Shown: positions 40,798 to 51,185, counted from the first letter of the stretch. The stretch: 64,000 bases of DNA from an uncultured Robinsoniella sp. (GCF_900540475.1 NZ_UQGG01000003.1), one strand, 5' to 3'. The notes: a model not told the origin generated them from the letters alone. Numbers and translations are program-made.

Positions 40798-41055
40798 ACG
40801 TAAATCCATACTTTGAGGTGAGGGCGGGAAGTTTTCAGAAAGAGGGATGTAAATTCTGGATTTTTATATCGTGTTAAGAAAATATTAAGGAAATGTTGTA
40901 AAAATTTTCACAATATGAAGTTATACTAAAGCGTGTTTGAAATAAAGAACAAGAACTTTGAACAGTACGGAATTGTAACCGGGAAAAATGTGAAAGAACT
41001 TTCACAGGATTAATTGGACAGTATCGCAGACAGACTTTAGTTCTGCATGCGGTAA

Positions 41056-41847
41056 GTGAGAATACGAATGAGAAACAGACAGAGAAATAAATATTACAGA
41101 AACAGTCAGAGAAATAAAAGAAGAGTGTCCCAAAGAAGGTCCAGGGGAGGAAGAGAAACACAGTATCAGCAGCGTGCAGAGATGGTGAAAAGAACCATTG
41201 TGACAGGCGTTGGGATATTTATTATCGTTCTTGCTGTTGTTGGGTATAAGCTGATATTCCATAAAACCCAGCCGGTGAGTGTGGCGGAAACAACTGCGGA
41301 AACCCAGCCGGCTGCAGAGACGGAAGATTCAAATCCCATACCCCAGCCGGATATCGATGTTCAGCTGCTGGATATTAATCCATATTCCAGACCGGGGATA
41401 CCTACGGATAAGATCACTGCAATTGTTGTACATTATCTTGCGAACCCCATGACTACGGCGCAGCAAAACAGGGACTATTTTGATAGTCTCAAGGATCTGC
41501 AGAATGATTATTTAAGCAGTAATTTTATCGTTGGACTGGACGGAGAAATTATTCAGTGTGTACCCACATCTGAGATGGCGTATGCTTCAAATGACAGAAA
41601 TCAGGATACCGTTTCAATTGAATGCTGTCATCCGGATGAAAGTGGGAAATATAATGATGCTACTTATGAATCTCTGGTCAAGCTGGTAGCTTTCCTTTGT
41701 GGAAAGTTTGAGCTGGGGACGGATCAGATTATCCGGCATTACGATGTAACCGGGAAAATATGCCCTAAGTATTTTGTGGAAAATGAAGATAAATGGGAAG
41801 CGTTTAAAACAGATGTAGGAAATTATATGGAGGAGTATATGAAATGA
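41056..41847 (+). CDS. Membrane-anchored N-acetylmuramoyl-L-alanine amidase (Amidase_2)
   Basis: Arg-rich N-terminus plus TM, then IVVHY, SSNFIVGLDGEI, SIECCH and IRHYDVTGKICP. Confidence 0.88.
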   Translation: MRIRMRNRQRNKYYRNSQRNKRRVSQRRSRGGRETQYQQRAEMVKRTIVTGVGIFIIVLAVVGYKLIFHKTQPVSVAETTAETQPAAETEDSNPIPQPDIDVQLLDINPYSRPGIPTDKITAIVVHYLANPMTTAQQNRDYFDSLKDLQNDYLSSNFIVGLDGEIIQCVPTSEMAYASNDRNQDTVSIECCHPDESGKYNDATYESLVKLVAFLCGKFELGTDQIIRHYDVTGKICPKYFVENEDKWEAFKTDVGNYMEEYMK

Positions 41848-42248
41848 ATACCTATAAGCATAATTTAACAATATCACAGCCCCAGCGCCTGGTGGATATT
41901 ACGGGAAGCATAAAAGAAGATGTGAAAAAAAGCGGGATTGCGGATGGAATAGTAGTGATCTATTGTCCTCATACCACGGCAGGCATCACGATTAATGAAA
42001 ACTGTGATCCGGATGTATGCACAGACTTTATATACGGGTATGAAAAGGTATTTCCAACCCAGGATAAAGAATACCGCCATTTTGAAGGAAATTCCCATGC
42101 ACATATGAAATCCGCAGCTGTTGGGGCGTCATCCACTTTGATATTAGAGAATGGGAAACTGATACTGGGTACCTGGCAGGCGGTTTATTTCTGCGAATTT
42201 GACGGTCCCCGCAATCGGTCTTATTATGTTAAAGTGATGGAGGGATAA
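41844..42248 (+). CDS. yjbQ: YjbQ/UPF0047 family protein
   Basis: PHTTAGITINEN, NSHAHMK and LGTWQAVYFCEFDGPR motifs. Confidence 0.9.
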   Translation: MNTYKHNLTISQPQRLVDITGSIKEDVKKSGIADGIVVIYCPHTTAGITINENCDPDVCTDFIYGYEKVFPTQDKEYRHFEGNSHAHMKSAAVGASSTLILENGKLILGTWQAVYFCEFDGPRNRSYYVKVMEG

Positions 42249-42251
42249 TCC

Positions 42252-42818
42252 GTGCATGAAGAATCTGTACTAAAATTCCTGAAACTTTCAGAGCAGCTAA
42301 AGTGCAATACCAGGCACTGTGAGACTTCTTCCGGAAGAAAAGAAAGTGTTGCAGAGCACTGCTTTAGACTGGTCCTGTTTGCCTGGCTTTTAAAGGACGA
42401 TTTTCCTGATCTGGATATGGAGAAGGTCATGCATATGTGTCTGATCCATGATATGGGAGAAGCCGTAACGGGTGATATCCCCTGCTTTGAAAAGACAGAT
42501 GAAGCAAGAGCGGTTGAAGGATCGGAGATCAGAAATATTGCTGAAATGCTGGATGGGAGCAGAAGGCAGGAATTTCTGGACCTCCACCGGGAGATGGAGG
42601 AAAATGTAACGGAAGAAGCCAGATTATTTCATATCTTGGATAAGATGGAGGCCGTTATCCAGCATAACGAATCAGATCTGTCAACCTGGCTTCCCCTGGA
42701 GTATGATCTGCAGATGACTTACGGGGTAGAAGAAGCCAGAGAATTTGCAGTCACCGGTAAATTAAGGGATCTTGTACTGGAAGAAAGCCGTAAGAAGATT
42801 ATGGAAAAAGAAAAATAG
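42252..42818 (+). CDS. HD-domain phosphohydrolase (HD_3/YfbR-like)
   Basis: ESVAEH, LIHDMGEAVTGDIP and LDKMEA motifs. Confidence 0.88.
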   Translation: MHEESVLKFLKLSEQLKCNTRHCETSSGRKESVAEHCFRLVLFAWLLKDDFPDLDMEKVMHMCLIHDMGEAVTGDIPCFEKTDEARAVEGSEIRNIAEMLDGSRRQEFLDLHREMEENVTEEARLFHILDKMEAVIQHNESDLSTWLPLEYDLQMTYGVEEAREFAVTGKLRDLVLEESRKKIMEKEK

Positions 42819-42851
42819 AGAAAGCGGGCGTATAAGCCTGTAAGGAGCTTT

Positions 42852-44336
42852 ATGATAAAAGAGTTGTATAAAAATATTTGTGATGGCACCGAAATAAGGA
42901 AAAATCTGATTTCACTGAGGCAGGAAATGAAGGAGCCGTATGCAAAACGTGCACTGGCATATGAACTGGCAGGTGCGTTTGATGTGTTTGTGACACTTTT
43001 AAAAAATGAGGATGCAAAAGTAAGGAAAAATGCAGCACTTATTATGGGGGATCTGGAATGTGAGGATCTGTTGCCTGTATTAGTGAAAGCTTATAAAAAG
43101 GAAGAAAAACTATTTATTAAATCAGATTTTCTGAAAGCTATTTCACAGTATGAATATCAGGAATATCTGCCGATGTTAAAAGAAAGGCTTCTAAAGCTGA
43201 CAAATGATCCAGTTGAGGAATCTAATGTGAAGCATGTACGAGAAGAAACTGCTCTGCTGCAGAATATGATTCTGAAATACGAAAAGCCCCAAAAACATAA
43301 ATTCACAGGACTGGATAAACCTCTGGAGGTGATATTGCTTACAAACCGCAGCCACAGGGAAGTAACGAAGAATCAGATTGCAGACGGTGAGATTAAAATG
43401 CTGGCAGGAGGACTTCGGGTAGCAACCGAATCACTGGAAGAAATTCTGCCGATTCGGACGTATCAGGAAATGCTGTTCCCGGTCAAAGGCGCACCGGTGC
43501 TTAGCGGTACGCCGGAAGAAATGGCTTACCGGCTTAAACGCTCTGGCTTCTTGTCATTTCTGGAGGAGATGCACAGTGGGGAAGGTCCGTTTTATTACCG
43601 CATTGAATTAAAGAGCCGTATGACGCTGGATAAAAAAGGTCCTTTTATACGTAAGTTTTCGGCAGCCCTGGAAAAGCAGCTGGACAGAAAACTGATAAAT
43701 TCTTCCTCGGAATATGAAATTGAACTGCGTCTGATTGAGAATAAAGCAGGGGATTTCATACCGCTGTTAAAGCTTTATACGCTAGAGGATAAACGGTTTT
43801 CTTATCGGAAACAGACACTGCCAACATCTATTTCTCCCTGCAATGCAGCGCTTATTATGGAACTTGCAAAAGAGTATTTAAAGGATGGGGCACAGGTATT
43901 AGATCCATTTTGCGGCGTGGGAACAATGCTGATTGAACGTAGTAAAATAGCGAAAGCGGACCCGATTTATGGACTGGATATTTTGGAAGAAGCGGTAGTA
44001 AAAGCAGAAGAAAATACAAAAAATGCCGGTATGATTGCTCACTATATCAACCGTGATTATTTTGATTTCCGCCATGAATACCTATTTGATGAGATTGTAA
44101 CCAACATGCCGGGTGTATCGAAAACCAAGGACCGGGTATTCGTTCAGAAACTTTATGAGAAATTCTGGACAAAATCCAGAGAGCTGCTTAAAGAAGACGG
44201 ATGCATTGTGATGTACTCTGACGAGAGAGATGTGCTCCTTGGGACGCTGCGAAAACAGGATTATTTTAAACTGGTAAAAGAAACTGTGATTAATGACCGG
44301 GAAGGCAGCAGTGTTTTTATTGTGAAATGCATCTAG
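42852..44336 (+). CDS. SAM-dependent RNA methyltransferase (UPF0020/Trm11-like) with N-terminal HEAT-like region
   Basis: DAKVRKNAA HEAT-like motif, then VLDPFCGVGTMLIE and IVTNMP. Confidence 0.75.
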   Translation: MIKELYKNICDGTEIRKNLISLRQEMKEPYAKRALAYELAGAFDVFVTLLKNEDAKVRKNAALIMGDLECEDLLPVLVKAYKKEEKLFIKSDFLKAISQYEYQEYLPMLKERLLKLTNDPVEESNVKHVREETALLQNMILKYEKPQKHKFTGLDKPLEVILLTNRSHREVTKNQIADGEIKMLAGGLRVATESLEEILPIRTYQEMLFPVKGAPVLSGTPEEMAYRLKRSGFLSFLEEMHSGEGPFYYRIELKSRMTLDKKGPFIRKFSAALEKQLDRKLINSSSEYEIELRLIENKAGDFIPLLKLYTLEDKRFSYRKQTLPTSISPCNAALIMELAKEYLKDGAQVLDPFCGVGTMLIERSKIAKADPIYGLDILEEAVVKAEENTKNAGMIAHYINRDYFDFRHEYLFDEIVTNMPGVSKTKDRVFVQKLYEKFWTKSRELLKEDGCIVMYSDERDVLLGTLRKQDYFKLVKETVINDREGSSVFIVKCI

Positions 44337-44547
44337 TACTCCAGCAGGTGCTAAACATAGATTCTCAAATGGTTAATACACGCTCTAGTGATATGATTTG
44401 CGCAAGGCAGTATTAATTGCAGTTCACTATAACAGATAAGATGAATTTTAATTTACTTATGAGACCGGAGCAGCTTCTTTGCAGCTCTGGTTTTATTTTC
44501 GGTTTTGTGGTTTTTTTCGCAAGAAATGAAGACAGCAACAGCACCCC

Positions 44548-44576
44548 TTGACAGCATTTTTTAAGGCTCGTATACT
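44548..44576 (+). promoter_or_regulatory. Sigma-A promoter of pepF
   Basis: TTGACA-17 bp-TATACT. Confidence 0.7.
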
Positions 44577-44615
44577 TAACTATAAGAATGGAAGCAAAAG
44601 AATGGAGGAATTTAT

Positions 44616-46421
44616 ATGGCAGAAGGAAACGTGATTATAACCAGAGAACAACAGAAGACAGAACATACATGGGCGATGGAAGATCTTTATAAAAACGATG
44701 AAGCCTGGGGAGAAGACAGCAGACAGCTGGAAAAAATGATTGGTGAATTTGCAGCCTTTCGGGGACATTTGAAGGATAGTGGGAAGCGTCTTCTGGAAAT
44801 GCTGGATGCCTACAGCGATATGAATCAGCTGGGCGAAAAAATATATGTATATGCAAACCAGAAATTACATGAGAATACCGGTAATGGCAGATATCAGCAG
44901 ATGGCGGGCGAGTCTCAGGTGATTATGACCATGTTAAACAGCGCCACCGCGTTTGTGGTACCGGAAATTCTGGGAATACAGGAGGAATTACTGGAGAAAT
45001 TTAAGGCAGAAACAAAAGGTCTGGACAGATACCAGAAATTTTTATCGGATATTATCAGGCAGAAAGATCATGTCTTGTCTGAAAAAGAAGAAGAACTTCT
45101 GGCTGGTGTCTCCGAGGTTGCACAGGGACCGGGGAATATCTTCAGCATGTTTAATAATGCAGATATTAAATTTGGAGATATTACAGATGAAAAGGGTGAT
45201 GCCGTCAGACTGACCCAGGGACGCTATATATCCTTTTTGGAGAGTAAGGACAGGCAAGTCCGAAAAGAAGCTTTTGAGACCATATATGCCTCTTATAAGA
45301 GCTTCCAGAACACACTGGCTGCCACTTACGATGCAAATGCCAGGCAGGCAGCATTTTTTGCCAAAACCAGAAGCTATGAATCCGCACTGGCAGCAGCACT
45401 GGATGATAGTAATATTCCAGTCCATGTATATGATAACCTTATTGAAGCAGTTCATAAAAATATGAACCTGATGTACCGCTATGTGGATCTGCGCAAGAAA
45501 TTACTGGATCTGGATGACCTTCACATGTATGATCTTCATGTCTCAATGGTGTCAGGGGTAGATATGAAAATTGATTATGAGCAGGCGAAGAAAATAGTGC
45601 TGGAAGGTCTGGCACCTTTGGGAGAAGAATATCGGGGGCTGCTGCAGCAAGGCTTTGAAAGCCGCTGGATTGATGTCTATGAAAATGAAGGAAAGAGAAC
45701 AGGTGCTTATTCCTGGGGGGCTTACGGAACCCATCCCTATGTATTGCTGAATCACCAGAATAATCTCAACAGTGTATTTACTTTGGCACATGAAATGGGT
45801 CATGCACTGCACTCCTATTATTCCGATGAAAACCAGCCGTACATCTATGCGGGGTATAAGATCTTTGTAGCGGAAGTGGCATCAACCTGCAATGAAGCGC
45901 TGCTGATACATCATTTAATAGAAAAGACAGAGGATAAGCAGGAAAAAGCATACCTGATTAATTACTTCCTGGATCAGTTTAAGAGTACCCTCTACCGCCA
46001 GACTATGTTTGCAGAATTTGAAAAAGCTACCCATAAGGTAGTTGGCGAGGGCGGAACGCTGAATGCGGAGACATTGTGCAAGGTATATTATAATCTGAAC
46101 AAAACTTATTTTGGGGATGGAATGGTAATTGACGACGATATCGCCTATGAATGGGCAAGGATTCCTCATTTTTATACACCGTTTTATGTATATCAGTATG
46201 CAACAGGCTTTTCAGCGGCAATTGCCATCAGCAGTAAAATATTAAATGGCGAGAAAGATGCGGTAGAAAACTACAAAAAGTTCTTAAGCGGCGGCAGTTC
46301 CATGGACCCCATAGATTTACTGAAGCTGTGCGGTGTAGATATGACACAGCCGGAACCTGTGGATGAAGCATTGAAGGTTTTTGGAAGTTATTTGGATAAA
46401 TTAGAACAATTGTACAGGTAA
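44616..46421 (+). CDS. pepF: Oligoendopeptidase F (M3B)
   Basis: WIDVYENEGKRTGAYSWG, TLAHEMGHALH, FVAEVAS and WARIPHFY motifs. Confidence 0.95.
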   Translation: MAEGNVIITREQQKTEHTWAMEDLYKNDEAWGEDSRQLEKMIGEFAAFRGHLKDSGKRLLEMLDAYSDMNQLGEKIYVYANQKLHENTGNGRYQQMAGESQVIMTMLNSATAFVVPEILGIQEELLEKFKAETKGLDRYQKFLSDIIRQKDHVLSEKEEELLAGVSEVAQGPGNIFSMFNNADIKFGDITDEKGDAVRLTQGRYISFLESKDRQVRKEAFETIYASYKSFQNTLAATYDANARQAAFFAKTRSYESALAAALDDSNIPVHVYDNLIEAVHKNMNLMYRYVDLRKKLLDLDDLHMYDLHVSMVSGVDMKIDYEQAKKIVLEGLAPLGEEYRGLLQQGFESRWIDVYENEGKRTGAYSWGAYGTHPYVLLNHQNNLNSVFTLAHEMGHALHSYYSDENQPYIYAGYKIFVAEVASTCNEALLIHHLIEKTEDKQEKAYLINYFLDQFKSTLYRQTMFAEFEKATHKVVGEGGTLNAETLCKVYYNLNKTYFGDGMVIDDDIAYEWARIPHFYTPFYVYQYATGFSAAIAISSKILNGEKDAVENYKKFLSGGSSMDPIDLLKLCGVDMTQPEPVDEALKVFGSYLDKLEQLYR

Positions 46422-46520
46422 TGTTTAAAAAAATAAACAATTTTCCATCAAATTTTCAGTAGATATTTTGATAAAAACATGTTACAATATTGTTACAAAA
46501 TGTTTAAATGGGTGAGAAGA

Positions 46521-47291
46521 ATGAATCTGTACGAAGCGATTTATGTCAGAAAATCGATACGGAATTTTAAAAAGGAAGCGATAGATGATAAAATCTTAAG
46601 CGGGATCCTTGAATTTGTAGAGGAAATAGAACCAATATTTCCCGGAATTGGTGTGAAAGTTGAAATTATTGATAATGTTTCCAAAAGAGGCCGTGTTGGT
46701 GGACTGGTTAATGTAAGCGCGCCTTATTATATCGCTCTGTACGCTGAGAAGAAAGAAAAGAGAGATCTGCATGCAGGCTATATTATGGAACATATATCAC
46801 TGTATTTAAATACAAAAGGAATTGGAACCTGCTATCTTGGCATGGCGAAAAGAAAAGACAAAAAGATGGAAGACGATGGGTACGATTTTGTCACGGCTTT
46901 GGCATTTGGGTTTCCCAAAGGCTCTCTGTTCCGCCATGATTATGAGGCGAAGCGTCTGAGTCTGGACGAACTTTGTGCATATAAAGAGAGACCTAAGACC
47001 TGGGTGAAAGAGATCCTGGATACTGCAAGGCTGGCTCCATCCAGCTATAACAGCCAGCCATGGCGATTTGTAGTATACGAAAACAGAATCCATGTCTTCT
47101 GCAAGAAAGCCGTAATGGCGAATGGTACCTTTGGAAAATTTGCAGAATTAAATCTGGGCATCATGTTCGCCAATGTAATGATAGCAGCAGAAGAGATCTG
47201 GGTGGATTTAGATTTAATCCGTCTGAATAATATCACTCATAAAACACTTCCGAATAATCAGTACGTTTTAAGTGTTCTTCTAAAGCAGTAA
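46521..47291 (+). CDS. Nitroreductase family protein
   Basis: AIYVRKSIRNF, GIGTCYLG and APSSYNSQPWRF motifs. Confidence 0.85.
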   Translation: MNLYEAIYVRKSIRNFKKEAIDDKILSGILEFVEEIEPIFPGIGVKVEIIDNVSKRGRVGGLVNVSAPYYIALYAEKKEKRDLHAGYIMEHISLYLNTKGIGTCYLGMAKRKDKKMEDDGYDFVTALAFGFPKGSLFRHDYEAKRLSLDELCAYKERPKTWVKEILDTARLAPSSYNSQPWRFVVYENRIHVFCKKAVMANGTFGKFAELNLGIMFANVMIAAEEIWVDLDLIRLNNITHKTLPNNQYVLSVLLKQ

Positions 47292-47506
47292 ATAAGCTGT
47301 TTTAGTAATGATGAAATATTATGCGAATTATAAGATATATCATGAAGTAAAGGACGGTGACATTTGCAGGAAGAGTATCAAAGGTTTTAACTTAAGTTTA
47401 AGCAAACCGGAAAGTACTTTTACTGCATTTGAATACCGTTCTGCATGGTATTTTTAACAAAATAGAATATACAATTTGAAAAATATAAAAAATTTAAAAA
47501 TAACTG

Positions 47507-47535
47507 TTGACAAATACAGGAAGATATAGTATTAT
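47507..47535 (+). promoter_or_regulatory. Sigma-A promoter of tRNA-Gly
   Basis: TTGACA-17 bp-TATTAT with an A-rich UP region. Confidence 0.75.
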
Positions 47536-47574
47536 AAATCTTGTCTCAAGGAGATAAAAAAAGAAGTAAGTTAT

Positions 47575-47647
47575 GCGCGAGTGGCTCAGTTGGTAGAGCG
47601 CGACCTTGCCAAGGTCGAGGCCGCGGGTTCGAGTCCCGTCTCGCGCT
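47575..47647 (+). tRNA. tRNA-Gly (GCC), CCA not encoded
   Basis: Acceptor stem GCGCGAG/CTCGCGC, D arm GCTC/GAGC, anticodon stem CGACC/GGTCG with GCC at 47608-47610, and TTCGAGT T-loop. Confidence 0.98.
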
Positions 47648-47760
47648 CTTTTTAATATTAAAAACCCTAGTGTTTATCAAGGGTTTGGCGGATTGGTCAG
47701 CAAATCTGACTATTGTCAAAATGAAATGTTTGAGATCAAAAAGTTTGGTGACTTTTTAAA

Positions 47761-47815
47761 GCAAAAAGATGGTGCGGTTTTTATAAAACTGTTGCCATCT
47801 TTTTGCGTTTCTTTT
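47761..47815 (+). terminator. Hairpin terminator downstream of the tRNA
   Basis: GCAAAAAGATGG / CCATCTTTTTGC followed by a T-rich tract. Confidence 0.65.
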
Positions 47816-48470
47816 CTGCGTGGATTGAAATGATCCGGCTGATCGACTTCTTTTTTGAGTCATTAACGCATTTCACCAGAAATTAGATGATTACGTTTTC
47901 CTCCATATGTCGGATATCCTGTTTTAAAAACTATGCCTGATAATACTTGAAGAATGTATTTTAAATCCGATCTAAGGTCAGAGGACGAATGTTGGTGTAC
48001 ATTTTAGCTTCAAATCACTTCTTACAGTTCAAGAACAATTTACAGAGTTTGACTTTCTTGGATATACATTCATAGTAGTGTTTATCAAGTGTAAAGATAA
48101 TAAAGTTAGGCATAATTTTATTGCTTTAGTAAGTAATGCTTCTTCTAAGAACTTTCGCGACAAAGTTAAGGCTATGGAAACCCATAAAAAAACTGGATGC
48201 AAAATCGACATCATAGCGGAAATACTTAATCCCTTTATTCGAGGATGGATGAATTATTTTGGTAGGTTTAATACATCGGCAATGAAAGGAAGTAAGCGCG
48301 ACATAATCAACCGTAGTGCTATTAAATGCTAATTGCTGTAAAATTAGGACAGTTGGAGTATGATACTCTCAGTTCTAATCTTGAACGGCAAAAGTTGTAG
48401 CATTTCGCTGCTATTTATTTTAAACTTTTGCATCATTTTACTCCAAATTTTTTGGGAGGATTTTTAAATC

Positions 48471-48833
48471 ATGACAAAAGCTGAAAAAGATAAATACTGG
48501 ATGGACTGCATCCAACAGTGCCGCGTCAGCGGCATGTCTGATTATACATGGTGCAATCAGAATGGAATATCTCTTAGCTCCTTTTATTACAACATTAGAC
48601 GATTACGCGACAAGGCATGTATTCCGGATTCAGTAGCAAAAGCCGTAGAAAAACAGGAAGTTGTACCAATTCAATACAATGAACTACCAGAAACAAAAAT
48701 AGATATTCCTAAAAAGCAAACGGATTTAGCAGTAATCCGTCTTGAATACAATGGCGTTATTGTGGCTATCAGCAATGACGCAGATGCCACCATTATTAAA
48801 GCAACGCTTATGGCGCTGCAGCAGCTGTGTTAG
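48471..48833 (+). CDS. tnpA: IS66 accessory protein TnpA
   Basis: W..IQQCRVSGMSDYTWCNQNGISLSSFYY HTH. Overlaps tnpB. Confidence 0.88.
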   Translation: MTKAEKDKYWMDCIQQCRVSGMSDYTWCNQNGISLSSFYYNIRRLRDKACIPDSVAKAVEKQEVVPIQYNELPETKIDIPKKQTDLAVIRLEYNGVIVAISNDADATIIKATLMALQQLC

Positions 48834-49180
48834 GTGATCTGTCCGGCGCTGCCAAGATCTATCTGGTCTCAGGGTACACCGATATGAGGCGCAGTATTGA
48901 TGGTCTTATGGCTATCGTGCGGGATACCTACGAGCTGGACCCTTACAGCAACTCGCTTTTTCTCTTTTGTGGAAAGAGATGTGACCGGCTGAAGGCTCTG
49001 CGTTTTGACAAAGATGGTTTTGTTCTCCTTTATAAACGTTTAGATGCAGGCCGTTTTCAATGGCCTCGAAACTCTGAAGAAGTAAGAAATCTTACCAGAC
49101 AGGAGTTCCGATGGCTCATGGAAGGTCTGTCAATCCAACAGCCAAAGGCAATCAAACCCATTACAAAAAAGCCCTTCTAA
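48827..49180 (+). CDS. tnpB: IS66 accessory protein TnpB
   Basis: GYTDMRRSIDGL, LFLFCG and GFVLLYKRL..GRFQWP motifs. Confidence 0.92.
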   Translation: MLGDLSGAAKIYLVSGYTDMRRSIDGLMAIVRDTYELDPYSNSLFLFCGKRCDRLKALRFDKDGFVLLYKRLDAGRFQWPRNSEEVRNLTRQEFRWLMEGLSIQQPKAIKPITKKPF

Positions 49181-49274
49181 GTACCTGATTAAGTGCACGA
49201 AAGTCCGCTTATTTACTGGATTTTCAACCTCTTTTTTGGTATAATCACAGTATCATTTAAGGAGGTTCCCGGTC

Positions 49275-50871
49275 ATGGAAAAATCAGCTGAAACACAAGA
49301 TCTTAACATGAATGCACTGGTCAACAATCTGTTGAAACAGCTCGAAGTAAAAGACCGTCAGATGGAACAGCTGAACCAGACCATTGCAAACCTCACGGAA
49401 ACAATTAATGAAATGAAGCGTAAGATTTTTGGCATCTCCAGCGAGAAATCATCGAATGTGCTCAGCATTGACGGACAGGCTCAGTCTGTTCGAACAGCTT
49501 GGAGTGGATGGACCAGCGCAGATCCCAGATACAATCACGGTATCCTCTCATGAAAAGAAAAAGCCCCGGGCTACCCATGATGAGCTTGCAAAGAATGTCC
49601 CTATAAGGACAATCGATCTGACACTGGAAGGTGATGATCTCAATTGCCCTTATTGCAGCACTTCTATGGAGGAGATCGGTTCAAAGGCCGTCCGTGAAGA
49701 GATCCATATCACTCCTGCGAAAGTCGAGCGTATCCAGTATGTGCAGCATAGTTATGCGTGCCCTCAGTGTCGTACAGATGGAGAATCCACAATCGAAAAA
49801 GCGGCTGTTCCAGCACCCTTGATGCCCCACAGCATGGCATCCGCTTCAGCAGTTTCTTATGTTATGTATCAGAAATGCGTGAACTGTCTGCCATTCTACC
49901 GCCAGGAAAAGGACTGGGGACAGCTTGGCATCAAGCTGAACCGCGGCACTCTTGCAAACTGGTTCAATACCTGCGCAGAAGAATATCTGGAACCTGTCTA
50001 TGACAGGCTTCATGAATATCTTTTACAGCAGCCGGTCATCCATGCAGATGAAACGACATGCCAGGTGCTCAAAGAGGACGATAAGGCGCCGGAATCCAAG
50101 TCTTATATATGGCTGTACACCAGCGGTGCATTTGAAGAACACCGTATTGTAATCTATGAGTACCAGCCATCAAGAAGCGGTTATCATGCGGTAAAGTTCC
50201 TGGCGGATTTTCATGGTTTTATCCATACGGACGGATTCAGCGGTTACAACCGTCTGCAGGACATTAACCGGTGCGGATGCTGGGCGCACCTTCGAAGATA
50301 CCTGTTTGAGGCCATTCCTAAGAAAAAAGGGAAGGAAACACAGGCATCTCCTGCAAGTGTCGGACTTGCCTGCTGCAACCAGATCTTTCAGATAGAAAGA
50401 ACGCTGAAGGACCTGGAACCGGAAGAACGACAGATACAGCGGATGGAACTTGAACGGCCAGTACTGGATGCCTTCTGGAAGTGGGTAGATGGGATGAATG
50501 CCCTTGGCGGGTCAAAACTCGCCAAGGCGGTTAACTATGCCCAAAACCAACGGCCATATATGGAGAACTATCTTCTGGATGGAAGATGCTCTATAAGTAA
50601 TAACGCAGCCGAAAGAGCTGTGAAATCATATGTCATGGGAAGAAAGAACTTCCTATTTCATGACACTGTAAAAGGTGCCAGGGCAAGTGCTGTTGTTTAC
50701 ACACTTGTAGAAACTTCAAAAGCGAATGGACTGAACATCCGCCTCTATCTGGAAACTGTGATAACCAGGATGCTGGACTACAAAAATGAGCCCGATAGTA
50801 TCCTGGAAGAACTGATGCCATGGTCAGAAGCAATGCAGCAATCCTGTAGCTTGAATAATAGTAATATCTAA
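49275..50871 (+). pseudogene. tnpC: IS66 transposase TnpC split by a +1 frameshift
   Basis: N-terminal coiled coil with FGISSEK (ORF 49275) and the DDE part (IHADET, TDGFSGY, CWAHLRR, NNAAER) lie in different frames. An extra G at ~49479 interrupts DGQ-LSLFE. Confidence 0.88.
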
Positions 50872-51110
50872 ATTTTTTAAGGATGATGAATTCAGAAAAA
50901 TCAATACGCTATTTTATGTAGCGCTTACGAAAGGAACGCTACAGTGTATTGAAACAAGACTTATAAAATGGGCAATGTGTAAGTATAAGAATTTTCGGGG
51001 GGGTGGGGGGAGAAGGCGTAGAGCGGAGAAATGGCTCTACACTGTATGACAGCGAGAGCCAAAACTGTTTGTTCATTGGAGCAACTTGTATTCGTATTGT
51101 TGAATGATAG

Positions 51111-51185
51111 GAGCCGTATGAAAGGAGATTTTCAAGTACGGTTCTGTGAAAAGTTTGGGGTGAAAGACCTCTTACATACTCGACT
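51111..51185 (+). ncRNA. Group II intron domains V and VI (3' end of the ribozyme)
   Basis: GAGCCGTATG-AAAG-GAGA-TTTT-CAAGTACGGTTC is a domain V with AGC triad, followed by a degenerate DVI ending TACTCGACT. Confidence 0.9.

Larger units (their letters stand above)
48292..50928 (+). mobile_element. IS66-family insertion sequence (2637 bp)
   Basis: Terminal inverted repeats GTAAGCGC(G/T)ACATAA. 8-bp target duplication GAAAGGAA at 48284-48291 and 50929-50936. tnpA-tnpB-tnpC gene order. Confidence 0.95.
48045..51103 (+). pseudogene. ltrA: Group II intron reverse transcriptase/maturase remnant, 5'-deleted and interrupted by IS66
   Basis: EFDFLGYTF (48045-48071) and LNPFIRGWMNYFG lie left of the IS. 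Removing the IS and one target copy restores the frame: MKG-TLQCIETRLIKWAMCKYK...AEKWL..*QREPKLFVHW. Premature TGA at 51047. Confidence 0.88.

Noticed and set aside
46451..46465. CodY-like site upstream of the nitroreductase
   Set aside because: Only 12/15 match in very AT-rich DNA.
47541..47833. ORFs 47541..47759 and 47606..47833
   Set aside because: They overlap the tRNA-Gly gene and terminator and have no protein motifs.
48045..48332. RT fragment as a retron, DGR or defence RT
   Set aside because: Domain X motifs and a downstream DV/DVI identify a group II intron. The YADD catalytic region is absent.
48827..49180. TnpB as an RNA-guided nuclease
   Set aside because: This is the unrelated 117-aa IS66 accessory protein, with no RuvC motifs.
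49429..50871. 480-aa ORF as an independent intact transposase
   Set aside because: Its first residues are out-of-frame sequence; the true N-terminus is in the 49275 ORF.
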